Part shown: piece by piece, positions 50,333 to 63,080 of the stretch
Position numbering within the stretch: the stretch's first letter is position 1
Layout: each line of letters opens with the position of its first letter
Source of the DNA: Dimorphilus gyrociliatus
Lineage: Eukaryota; Animalia; Annelida
DNA: 64,000 bases
Direction: 5' to 3'
NCBI GenBank assembly: GCA_904063045.1
Contig: CAJFCJ010000002.1
Location: forward strand, 496,001-560,000
The notes under the pieces: model-generated
What the model was told of the DNA's origin: nothing
Databases searched by the model: none
What the model saw: the letters and a program-made list of their open reading frames with translations, nothing else
Program-made: the position numbers and the translations under genes

Positions 50333-52183
50333 ATGCTGAGAAAAATTGTGAAAACAAGACAAAGAAGTATCTCGATAGTTCAGACTAACCAAAATCCGTG
50401 GATTATGTCGCAAAAAGAGGCAGAGAAAAAATTTCGAAATCAGCCGAAGTCTGTTATGGATATTGTTAGATCTTATGCGAATAACTCAACTTCCCATGGT
50501 TTACCTAAAGTTGTACGATCGAAAACTTATTTAGCATCTGCCTTTTGGATTACAGTGTGCCTTGCAACTGTTTCTCTCTTTACGTGGCAATCAGTTGGCT
50601 TGCTGAGAAAGTATAAGAGTTATCCGAAGTCTGTTCGTCTCGAAGTTGCTAATCAGCCTGTTGTTTTCCCTGCCATATCCATTTGCAATTTAAGGCCCAT
50701 AGACGTCTACACCTTTGGTGATGTTGTTTATCACGAAAATGAAACTTTCAGATGGAGTGTAGGAGAGGATTATGACTACACAGGCAGGGGAGAATCAACA
50801 GTCTCTACTTTTGAACGTATGATGATAGACTACGGCAATAAATATTCATCTTATTATACTTATTCAGAAATATTCGCCCAAAATGCGAAGGATTCAAACT
50901 TTCTTTGGGAAGCTGATCGTAATCTCTTTAGTAGAATGACACTGGCTGCAAATTTAAATTCAACGGCGGCTCAACAAGGAGGTATTCGAAAGGAAGAATT
51001 TATTGCAAGTTGTGAATATCATGGTCTTAAGTGTAACTCTTCAGATTTTTCTTGGTTTTTAGATCCGGCATTCTTCAATTGTTATACTCTAAATATCTCC
51101 CAAAGTGGAGGAACAATATTAGAAGGTCCTGAAAATGGACTCTCAGTTATACTATTTAATCCTACAATGTCAATAATGAATTATTCTAATTATGCTGCCT
51201 CCGGTCTAGCAATGTACAATGAATTAACTTTAGGGGGAGAAGGTATACGACTAGTTATTCATTCCATCAATACGGTACCTTATCCACTTACGGAAGGAAT
51301 AGATATACCTCGAGGTGTTTCTGCCAATATTGGAATCAGGGTTCAACAGAATGAAAGACTTGGCCCTCCCCATGGAAATTGTACCAAACAGGATAATTTA
51401 CGAGGTTCAAGCTATAGTTATACGATGGCTTCGTGCAAGAAAGCCTGCTTGCAAGACATTGTAATTGATCGCTGTTCATGTGCAGATGTGAGTTTACCTT
51501 TTGTTGTAAAGGATTCTATTAAGTTTTGTGCTTCGTTTGATGAAATTCCTTTGGATTGTCGAGGAAAGCAGACTATCCATGCTAATTACAAAAAATGTAA
51601 AGCTTACTTTTCAAAATGGTTTGAGAGAGTAGAATGTATGAGGAGTACTCGATCTAATGTGTCTCAAAACCTCTCAGCTTGGCAGTCGTGCGAATGTCTA
51701 CCCCCCTGCACGAATTCTGATTACAGTTCGTATTATTCTTTAGCAGATTGGCCTATTCAAGAGACATCGAAGACGCTAATTGATGATATTCTAAAGAAGA
51801 AAAACTTTCTAAAACATTTTCCTGAAGAAAAGAGACAAAAATATTTTTCTCAATTTCTTGAGGATCCAATAAAAATATCAGCGTATAAAGAGTTTATTCA
51901 GGAAAAAAATTTTCTCCGACTGAATGTATTTATTTCGGATACGACTGTTGTTAAGATTACCGAAACCGACGATTATAATTTTATTCAATTAGTATCTGAT
52001 CTTGGTGGCCAATTGGGTTTATGGATTGGCGTTTCCGTTGTTACGTTAATGGAAATAATAGAACTTATTTATGCAATATTCAGACACATTTTCTTTAAAA
52101 AAACCAAAATAGTAAATTCAAATGTAATTCAAGTTGTGGCAAAAGAGAATATAACAAATGGAAATAACGACCAAAAATTCTGA
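50333..52183 (+). CDS. DEG/ENaC-family channel, FaNaC-like (peptide-gated clade), 616 aa, intronless CDS
   Basis: Pre-TM1 STSHGLP (HG motif), TM1, FPAISICN, FFNCYTLN, PYPLTEGIDIP...RLGPPHGNC, a cysteine-rich thumb, and TM2 SDLGGQLGLWIGVS with the GxS filter. The FaNaC resemblance is from remembered family motifs, not a search. Confidence 0.93.
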   Translation: MLRKIVKTRQRSISIVQTNQNPWIMSQKEAEKKFRNQPKSVMDIVRSYANNSTSHGLPKVVRSKTYLASAFWITVCLATVSLFTWQSVGLLRKYKSYPKSVRLEVANQPVVFPAISICNLRPIDVYTFGDVVYHENETFRWSVGEDYDYTGRGESTVSTFERMMIDYGNKYSSYYTYSEIFAQNAKDSNFLWEADRNLFSRMTLAANLNSTAAQQGGIRKEEFIASCEYHGLKCNSSDFSWFLDPAFFNCYTLNISQSGGTILEGPENGLSVILFNPTMSIMNYSNYAASGLAMYNELTLGGEGIRLVIHSINTVPYPLTEGIDIPRGVSANIGIRVQQNERLGPPHGNCTKQDNLRGSSYSYTMASCKKACLQDIVIDRCSCADVSLPFVVKDSIKFCASFDEIPLDCRGKQTIHANYKKCKAYFSKWFERVECMRSTRSNVSQNLSAWQSCECLPPCTNSDYSSYYSLADWPIQETSKTLIDDILKKKNFLKHFPEEKRQKYFSQFLEDPIKISAYKEFIQEKNFLRLNVFISDTTVVKITETDDYNFIQLVSDLGGQLGLWIGVSVVTLMEIIELIYAIFRHIFFKKTKIVNSNVIQVVAKENITNGNNDQKF

Positions 52184-54254
52184 GCAGAATATGTATAAAA
52201 AACTAAATAATATACCTTGTCTAAAAACTTGATCATCACATTTTTAAGTTTCTTAAAGAATGTAGTAATGTTTGCGTGTAAAAAAGAGCATTAGTATTTT
52301 ATGTATATATCAAATAATCTCTATGTTACAATTAAATATTCAGTCGCCCCTAATTCAAGGATTGTCTCAAAAAAAAAAATTATTTGTGGCAAAGTTAATA
52401 CGTTGTATTTTTATAGAGATTAGAAGCAAAAAATATATTGAATAGTTATATACTCAAAATACACACAGATGGGCGAAGCAAGTGCTATTTTCGTCTATGT
52501 TTTATAAGAAAAAAATAAATTACCTTGTAACAATTAAGACAACTTTTTCCTCTATTTGATATTTAGTCCGTATCGACAGCATTATGGAGAGCCTATCAAG
52601 TACTATATGATTGTTTACTCAATGGTAGAAATAGTCTTAACGATATACAAATAATATGAATTAAAATTTGCATAGTTTATAGACAACTTTATCAATATAT
52701 TTTCGACTATAAGTCAATCTACTATTTAAACACAAGGCTAAAAAACCAATCAACGAGTGAATGTATCAAATTTTGCTGTAAAAAATTAAATGAGATATTA
52801 TGTATCTGGAGTAAAATAAAAAATCTTTAACACTGAGTCTAGAAGAGATTTCTGTTTGAGAAAAATAGCAAAAATTATGTCTGCATTTTAGACTTTAATG
52901 GCTTATATTCAGCTGATGCTTCAAGAAAATCAGTTTTAAGTAATTTCGCTTCTAATTCATCTAGCTTTTACTAAACCAGCAATAAAGAAAACAACTTTAT
53001 TCATCTTTAATAATCGTTAAGGTGACACTCATAGTATACATCATTCTGAAAAGTTTAGGATAATTAAAATTCTGGGATTGGATTTTCTTATTAATAACAA
53101 CTCTTTTTAACTGCCATTTTATTGTAAATTTCTCACAACCTGTGCTTCACCTTTCTGGTTATAAAATAAAACTAATTTAGAGCCATTTTTAAGGTCATAC
53201 ATTCTAAAATGCAGAGCGAATAATTAATATTCCAGCTTATATTTTTGTAATATTCTTGAGTAATATATAAGTCACTTGTCTTATCAGGAATGCAAAGTAG
53301 AAGATTTAACTCGTTCATTCTGATTCTGTTTTTTTAAGATTAATAGAATAAAATAACAAATAAAATTTAAAATCAGCTGCTATAGAGAAAGTCATAATAT
53401 TCAGCATACGTCTTTAAATTGCACAAACTTTCGTAAATAACGAATTTCATTAATCGTATCAGATGTTTATTAGACTCCAGCTGTACGTATTTTGAAGGGA
53501 TTGACCGAAATCCTAGTACTTTAACCGACTGAGAGTTTGTAATTAATTGATTCGAAAGAGAAACTCTATGTAAAGAAGTTGATATGAGATTAGAACACCA
53601 TCTACTTAATTAACAAACTAGAAAATATCATTTGGTAATGTTTTGCTGTGAAAGCAAAACTGACTCGCCGATTGAAAATTGATTCTTGCAAATAAAATAA
53701 TTCGAGCATAAAGGAAAGATTGAGTAATAAAATAAAATTGTTTGCCTTATCTAAATTCCAAATACAAATGAGAAACACTTGACTAATAAATTTTCTTCTA
53801 AGATTTGATAAAGTTATATTGATAAAAAGTATAGCATGATAGAAGATTATAATTGTAATCAATAAAAGATATCAACGAATAATCTACATTAATCTACTTG
53901 AGCTACAGATAACGACATAGTCAAGTTGGTACCCCACAATAATGATAAAAGCATAAATATTTCAAGCTCACGATGCAAATAGTAAATTTGCAAACAAAAT
54001 AGGACATATAAGCAGAAACGTTAGATACTATTTCTGTACATTTGTGAAATTATTTTTGTAAAAAAAAATCACACTTAACACTACAATGCTAACCATTTCC
54101 TGAAATTCAGCAGTTATTGCTATAGATTTCAGTGTTTTCAAGTCTCTAACTGTTATTATTATAAGATTCTGCAGTTGAAGAATGATATCTGTTACATTCT
54201 TAATGACAACTAGCTAAATAATGGTTCGTAACTGAAAGTATTGTTACGTGCTGT

Positions 54255-57200
54255 TTACATATGTCCATCCAGAAACTTCAGATACTTCCGTTCTATTATA
54301 TAAGGAACAATCTTATGCCTAAAAAATATTTCGTTAAATATAGTATACGATAATTTAAGTATATTAATTATTATAAATTAAAATAATAATACCTTATTGG
54401 CAGAAGTAAGAGAATGAGAATGGGAAAACACATTTTCAAGTAAGGAAAAGGGGCAAATCCAAAACCACAAAGAACAGCTAATTGAATCATCTGAGTTAGT
54501 GTAAAAAAATGAATTTTCCTCTGTGGTACTGAGCGAATGTAATGATTTGGTGGATAGGCAGCCTGCTCCGTAATTAGCAGTAATAGTCTATCAAACATCT
54601 GAATGGAACTGAGTGCAGTTACTGCAAGGTAAAGAAATAATCCATAAAGCACGGCTTTTGGAATGTAGTGTAAAGGCGTTGGGACCATAAAAAATGATAT
54701 TCCAATAAAAATATGGGATATAATGCCTGTTAATCTTGTTTCACGAACACGAACAATTTTTGTTGAGATATGACCTTGGTCGACTCTCTCCTCAACGTCT
54801 GCCATAGCTCTAACATGTAGAGGTGAATGAGGTAGAGCTCCATGCACCATGGGCAAACCGCAAAAGGCCAAAGCCCCATTGAGAATACCAATTAACAAAA
54901 GGTCCCAGTGATAAGCCGAGCCTTTTTTCATCCTATTGAATATTCGATTACAAGAAAAAGATTATTTATCAAAAAGGAAAGCTTATACTTACTTATTTGA
55001 TGGGCTATTAACCATAGCCGCTGAGATATTCTGATCCATAAAGAATAATAAACTTAAGCAGAATCCTAATCCCATTGCTCCAAATATCGATCCAGAAGAC
55101 ATTTCTTTGAGAGGTGGTGTCGTAATATTTAAGTCTTGTGATTGAAATTTGTCTACTGTTCTCGGATAAAAATTTTATATTTTTAATAATTATACGAATA
55201 AAGGGAATATATACATTTTATATCCTTGAAGACGTAAGAACCAATGAAAGACATAAAAAGCACCGAAAAAGGCAGAGCATAGTCTGCTAATATTTCGCGT
55301 TTATTTTCATTCAAATATGGTCTGAAACATTTTTACAACTTATTAATAACTTGTGTCGAGATAAAGGGAAAAAATAAGAGAGTACGTTTTTGTAAAGTTG
55401 AATAGGGAAATTCCAAGCCATAACGTGCCTAAGGTCAGTAAGAGATACAGAATACTATTAGCTCTCGGGCATTCGAGGAGAGGAGCCGCTAAGTTTGCTG
55501 TGACATTGTGATGACAGAGAGGATTATCGTAGTTATGATCGAAATCTATTTATAAAAATACGCTGAATCAATTTTAATAAGAAATTAATAAAGTCTCATA
55601 CGTACCTTTTACTATTGCTTTAACTGCATCAACTGTAAAAGCGATCGAAATAAATAAAGCAAATATCTCCTCGGTAGATCTATATATATAATTTTGCAAT
55701 ATAGTTATTTTTTTTTTATTACATTATTTTACCTAGTAGACCATTTCATTAGCCTACTCAAGCCAAATACTGAGTAGATTATCAAGAAAAACATATTCCA
55801 CAAGCCCACAGCGGCATACATTGCAAAAAAGTCTAGATCAAAGTCAGTACATATGTTTGCTACCACTGAAAAAAGCAGTTCAAAAGTTAGCTACATTTGC
55901 ATGTTAAATATTAATAGGTTTTAAAACACAGGCTTGTTTTATCTTAAAACAAGTATAGAAAGACTGTGAAAGATATTTTAGAATAGCAGCTGAATTAAAA
56001 TTTCACGTTACCTTTAGTATAGAGTGCCAATGGAGCTGTTGTTAGAACGATAACCATAGGTTGCCCTCCAAAAATTGCAAATAATAGCCCACCAAATGCT
56101 TGTGAAACTATTACTTTCGTCACATCTGATACAAAACGTTGTATAAGTATGAAGAATTCTTTCTCTTAAAAAAATTAATACCTATTTTGTTATCTGTATT
56201 GCTGGCATTTAATACACCGAAGGCTATTGATGGCAGCAAACAAGAAAAATATAAAAACACTACTGTTGCTGCAGTTTTTTGGAGAGTCTTGTGGCCTATT
56301 ATCCCATCTTTATAATCTGATACATAGTGAGGTAGTCTCCTCTTTATGTCTTCATATAAATCTCTACCAAAAAAGCAACACTTGCTTTTATTTGTCTGAA
56401 ATTATAGTAATGAATAGCAATTAAAATGGTCACATAAAGCGTGAATAATTGATTAAAAAATTTTCCTCACAGTGCTTGCCAAGTTAAAAGCGGCCGGTTC
56501 TCCTTCAGAAAAACGTCTTTCGTGATCTCTTTGTCTTTCAGCCAAAAATTTAGTGCGAGAAGATAAAAGTTTCTTAAATTCATCCTCAGAGTGGCATGTT
56601 AACAGGTTGTGACGTAGTTCAGAGTCTGCGAAAAGTGTTGCAAAAGTTCTTCCTGTTTCTAGAGCATTTTTCGTTCCTTTCTATAAAAGCATTAAAATAT
56701 TTTCCTGCTTTTAATTGAAACTACACGAATCATACCAATTTTGCAGGAGCAACGATTAAAGTAATAAAGAAAACTTCCTGACTAGTCCTCCCCAAGTTGG
56801 CAGGGTGTTTCAATCTAGCTATAGCTACATGTCTTCTCTGAATAGTTGGCAAAGTGCAGCTAACAAAGATTTATGTATTTTATAACACCAACTTGCTAAT
56901 CTAAAAAGAAACTCACAGAATACATATCCAAGATTGATCTAAATCGCATCCACCTTCAAAGGTTGTTGTTCCTTGAATGGTTTTTGCAAGCTTCTTCACT
57001 GCGAATTAAAGAAATATTTAATATCGATTTGGAGATAAGTAGAATAACAATAAAAAATAGATTTTTATATGTTTGGCAGATTTGTCTATCGGAAACTGGA
57101 TGGGAAGCGCTATCACCGATGGTTTTAACTTACTAAAAGACCTACAAAACCTGTATGCCGAGCATTTCCATCATCTAGGTCAATAAAAGTTATAATGCAT

Positions 57201-60200
57201 AAACAAGATAAAATAGATTAATACTGTTTCATTTAGTTATTTGATTCTGTTGAAAAACTAAGATCGATGTAAAAAATATAAAACCTGAATCGGTAGTGAA
57301 AATTGCTTTCTTAGCTTCATCTACGGTGCAGGACTCCTCTTCAAGAAGATTTTTGAGCATGTTTTCCAAAACTCTTTCCGGATTTCCATCAGGAACATCC
57401 AAAAACAGAAGGGTTCTATTTAAAAAATTCTCAACATCCATTGACGCCCTAATCTCTGATCCAAAATCTTTCATAGGTATTTTCTAGCGTAAAATTATCA
57501 TAAATAGTTACATGCATATGTGATAAGTTAAAATTTAATAAAACTGAGAATCACAAAAAAACTAACCTCATGCCTAGAATACATAAGAGTAACTTCTTCT
57601 CCTTCATCTGTGATGTTAATTACAATTAAATTAAATTTACTTATTAAAAATTCATGACCTATGCTGCAAATATGCAAAACATAATTTTATGCTATTTTTA
57701 AAATTGTAGGCAAAATTTAGAAAGAAATTATAAAGAAATGGCAAAGAGACTTAATTTGCGGATATCTATTTTAATTTGAAAAAAATTGTAAAAGTAACTT
57801 GTTAGCCATCATTTTTAATCGAAAATATGTTTACTAACCTTCAAATTTAACAAGAAGCTTTACATTAAATTTACTATAATTTCTTGTTTATCATTATACG
57901 ATATTATTTCCAGTTTTACAACTGCTTGAAAATTTTAAAATAAACACAAGCTATATCTTTTTTCTTTTAAATAATTTCTGTGAAATTAGTATCAAGATAT
58001 ACTTAATAGGACTCCTTTAAATATAATCTATTTAATTTTAAAAGAGATTGCTGCTATTTCAGTCAATTTTCTAAGCATGAACTTTCGATTTCACTATACA
58101 ATTTAGTGCTCTGAAAACGCGATCGATATTATTTATATAGTATTTTTTCTAGACATCTTTGACAGTTTTTTAATTGAATACGTCTAGGAAATTACTAATT
58201 TATTATTGAGCTGCTCATTGACATTGATGCTATTATTTCTTCCTTTCGTATTGATTGTTGATTTTAATTTAGAATATAAATGAGATGTAAAATTTTCAAT
58301 TCTAGTCTAATGTAAATTTATATGATCTATTTTTTTTATCAGTAGCAAATCAATAATGATTATACTTTGAGATAAGAAAATAAGAAATTAATACTTTATT
58401 CCTTTTTGTTATGTAAATATTTAAATCTTTCTGCTAAGACATTACTCTTTTGCATTACTTACTGAAGATAATTTCATGATCTTCGTATGTTAATGAAGCC
58501 TCCTTGTAATTTTCCGTATCTATCTCAGATGATGATCTCATATCGGTTTGATTCTGATCAGGAATTTGTAATAACTGCTTGATATCTGAATCCTTTTTAG
58601 AGTCTATTCCATTAATTGAAATTTCTTCTGAGGCTTGTGAATCAACGCCTAAGGCTATGCCTTTTTTCATCGTAATCATGGTCTACTTTTTCAGTTGAAA
58701 AATTTACAATCTCTCAAAGTGCTTTATGCAACGTGAGAACGACAACTCTATGATACGACTTATCATATGCTGTATATAAACAAAGGCCGAGTGATATAAT
58801 GATATATTCATTCGACCAAGAACGGTGGCCATTTTATAGTAAATTAGATCTTTGGGCCTCTAAAAGCCTTACTTTTTTAAATTCTGTTTCTTTTATCGTT
58901 CCGTCCTCTCAAGCGTTATGTCAACAATGTTAATTAAATCATATCAAGTAATAATTGAGCTCTAGAGAACGAAATAACTATTTTTACCATTATTAATTAA
59001 TTATACATATTCTTATTATCAGTTTAATTGCTCTAATAACGTTGCATAAAATACCATTTCAATTTTCCTTATTTTTACTTTACATTGTCATTAATTTTAA
59101 TGATATTACAAATTATGAAGAAAGTAGGAAGAAGATGATTTTCGAGTAAAATAATCCGCACAGAATAAGTTCTCTTTGTCATGTAAACATTTACAACAGA
59201 TGTTTAAAAACTGAAATACTCTAGTTAAAAGAAAAATATATAAACCAATACCGTATTTGCTACATTTCTAAATATATAATATGATTTGTAATTGGCTAAC
59301 GTATAAGTTTGATGCTTACATTTATGCAGTTGTTATAAAATATTAAAAACATGTTGATATTTTTGATACTAACAAGGAAATCATATGAGGAAGATACAAC
59401 AAATACAAACTTACCCCCTAACAAGCGTACTAATAAAAAGATGAGAAAATGAAAGGTCATTAGCAGGTTAGAGATTAATTAAATAGCAAGAAACAAAATA
59501 TAAAAATCTCTTATATATTTGAAAGTTGTCCTAATAATGGAGTTATATACATTCTTCTGAAATTCTAATTCAACTATTGTGCATTAATAACTTACCAAGA
59601 TCTTCTGATTAATGACAATAAGAAAGAACCAAAGGATGAAAATTTTCAGATTGTTAAATAATTAAAAAACTTAATAATCTAAAGTGTCCTTTCTTAAATG
59701 TACTACAACTGTTTTAGGGCACTAGTCTAGTAATACAATGATAGTCCAAACAAGCAACAAAAAAATGTACCAAAATTGTGAATACCTGGGATATCTGTAT
59801 AATTTACAGTAAGCATGCTTTCGCCCAAACTATGAGCGTTCACTGCCAACGTTGCTACGCTGTTAGTTGAAGCTGCATAACCATTATTAATTACACCACT
59901 CGTTTTTGAAATATAACGCTTTTTCTCCTCCCTGACGTCGCTATCGTCGCTATCTTCATTTTCTTCTTTTTTTGCTTTAGATTCTAAGTGCATAGTGTAA
60001 CAAAAGCTAGAATTTACAACGTGAAGGTGCAATGAAAAAAGAAATTTGGTAAAAATATAAACAACAACACTCCAAAAAAAGTGAAAAGGTGAAGAGTTTA
60101 TAAATATGAATCTTACCTCCACAATCAGGATAATTAACAGTTAATGTGCTTTCCCTCAATTGATAAGGCCTAGCAGGCATCAACGTATCCGCAGGTGTTA

Positions 60201-60482
60201 TCATTGTATCAATTGAAATTTCACCCACCGAGGTGGCACCACGTAACGAATGATTCGCCATCTTTTGGCTAACAGGTGACTGTGGTTGGCTTTGGCTACC
60301 TTCCACCTCATCATACGTAATTGCTGGTAGTGTTAGTGTTTCTGGATGAGCTGAATCTTGGGTAGCTTTACATTATATCGAATTATGTCGATTATTTTAG
60401 CAATAAACAACTCTATTGAAAGTAGCTTACCTCCCGCAGCATTTCCATTCGATTGTGAGTCTTGTCTAACGATACTCGGCAT
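54255..60482 (-). CDS. SLC4A11: SLC4 family transporter, SLC4A11/BTR1-like, multi-exon
   Basis: Diagnostic segments: [11 protein letters not shown]...[33 protein letters not shown] (54371-54931), [18 protein letters not shown] (57483 downward) and TIQG...DQSWICIL. Last exon [21 protein letters not shown] ends at 54255. The 5' exons at 60482-60431, 60350-60117, 59983-59786 and 57608-57568 join in phase, but the true start is less certain. Confidence 0.88.
58464..58679 (-). CDS. Probable alternative first coding exon of the SLC4A11-like gene
   Basis: ATG-initiated 72-codon acidic ORF ([11 protein letters not shown]...EDHEIIF) ends at a perfect A|GTAAGT phase-1 donor compatible with the phase-1 acceptor at 57608. 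A TATA-like element (about 58763-58770) and a YY1-like AAAATGGCC (58827-58835) lie upstream on the minus strand. Confidence 0.55.
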
Positions 60483-63046
60483 TGTATTCTCCTCTTGCCT
60501 GTTTGTCAGATAAGCCGGAAAAATCAATAAGAGATCCGTAAGCTTTTTTATATGCAGGCTTCGCAATTCGGTTAAGGTTTGATTGCAGTTTGTTTCTGCG
60601 TACAATACAGTTGAGACTTAACGAATTGCGTTTATTAGCTCAGACCTTACACTATTATAAATACACTGATTGTTAAATAAAATGAGTTGGGTTCATATAA
60701 AATTCGTGCCTTTGTAAAGAAATTGCTAAATTTCAAGTAAAATCAATGTTATTTAAATACGTTTTGTATCTCTTTTTACTATCACTTATTGAATAACACT
60801 TTTGAATACTTTATCTTTAAAGAAATCTTTAGTCTCCAGCCTCTGGTGGAAAAAGTCAACTGACACAGTTTATTCTATTCAAAGATAAAAATAACTATTT
60901 CACAACAGCTTAATTGTTACCATTAACTTAAGCAAAAGTTTCTTCTGTTAATGTTAATACTAATACTTAATTAAGCAAAGAAAGTAGAAGCTGAATTAGA
61001 CAAACAATTTTCTCCTTAAGTTTATATCAGATGCTATGCCTCAATATTAGTTTTATACATACATCTCTTCTTTCCACTATGGAAGTGAGAAAACCACAAA
61101 CCTGGGAAATTCTTCGTCGTTTTTAGTAAATAAAGTCATATTCGTTTATAGTATATTGGACATCCAAGTTAATATGCTAAACTCTTTTACTATAGAGCGC
61201 GATAGAAGAATTTGAACTATTCTTCTTTTTCTACGCGTTTATAAATAGGTAAAATAGGTTGCTGTGATATAATATTAAAAGCACATATAGCTTATAAATA
61301 ACAATTGGAGTTTACGCTCTTTCAACTACTTGTACATTCCAGATCAATACAATGACATTGGCCGACGAAAGAGACCTTTTGTTCAGCTGCTTTTAGTAGT
61401 TTACAAATCTTTCAATTCTCTCTTAAATCGATAAAATCTAGAAAATTATTTTTTTAATTTTTAAGATATGTCTTTAACAAGATAATTTAAACGTTTCTTT
61501 ACAAATAAATAATACAGAAATAGTGGTGACTATAGGCCTAACAGGTGATATTGTTGGCTCAAGTAAAAGCAAAATATAAAAGTAAAATTTAGTAACTCTG
61601 GCTTATGGAAAAGAAGACATTTAAAATTTGAATAATAATAAAAAATAATGAGCTAAAAATGTGCATATTCCATTTACAAAGATAGCAATGCTATATCTAA
61701 AATTTAATAGTGTACCTGATCATGAGGAATCACTTAATCGGATTAGCTTATATGCGAATTTGTAGTTTGATATTATGCAGTTTGTTAAGCTACAGGTTTT
61801 TGCTTTTTTAGACCATTGGTAATATGATGGCTTATGATTTGAGTTTGACAAAATCAATCAGTATCGCCTTTGGCGCATGATATTAGATGGGACAATACCA
61901 ATGATGGTTCCGTCGAGAGAATAAAACCTTTGAATTAAACGCATATTCTTGTAATTAGCTCATATTCCTTGCACGTCCACTGTTAGCGATTGAAAGCAGA
62001 GGCTTCGACCTAGAAACGTACTTAGTAAATAGGGCTTATATTAGGTATCGATCTCCCCACTTTAAATTCTCTAAAGCTCATCACTGTTTACAGATATAAG
62101 CAATTCTAGGATCCTATAAATATGTTTATAGGTTGAGGCAAAAATCTCCATTTACCTTGATTAGGAGATTCTACAGGCTTTAAAAGTACGGAAAAACCCC
62201 CGAAGAATACCTAGATTTCAAATGTAGTGCAATTATCTTACTCAACGGAATGATGCTTGAAAATCAATTCTATTTCCAGTTATTTCTATTCCTTTTTATT
62301 CCTCTCGTTTCGGAATATAGGAAAAGACTATGCGTACATGTATTGATTTTCTAGATAGAGGAAATCCATGTCATTGTTCATTTGTAAAGTTTGTTCAATA
62401 GCTAAGCTTGTCTTCCCAGATAGAGAGTCATAAATAATATATAACACCTTTAATATATAATCTAAAATTAGAAATGACTGAAAAAACTGCTAATCCTTAG
62501 ATTTTGACCTCCAAAAAATCCATCACTTTAATAAGGGGCTTCATATTCATTCTTTTGGATTATCTTCTCACACTGATGTCAGAGCAAATATAGAATAATA
62601 GGCCTATCAAGAGAGGGTGATTCCTCGCATTCCTTTCATATACCCTTTACTGCTAGTAAAACATAGAGTAATTGAATATAACATTATTAAACTTTTAAAT
62701 CTTCTACAACGATATTTTTATCGTTTTGAGAAATGAAATATCATTTTTAGTCCAATTATATATTTTTGGCATACTTTAAAGCCTAATTATGTATTAATTT
62801 ATCTTAATTACAGATTCCTGTTTTTTGTAATATTTTGTTTAAATACTATAATACAGAAAGTTTCAATATTCACTATATTCAGAAAAAATACAGTATACTA
62901 TTTTAAGCAGTGTATATCCTTGGTATCATATATTAAATACATTATACTTACATACTGCATAACAAAAGAATATATTTAAAAAATATGTTTATTTTGTATG
63001 GTTCACATATGAATTCATGAATTCTAATGAATATTCCATATAATAC

Positions 63047-63080
63047 TATAATATAATATATATATATATACATATATATA
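63047..63080. repeat. Imperfect (TA)n microsatellite
   Basis: Run of TATAATATAATATATATATATATACATATATATA. Confidence 0.7.
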
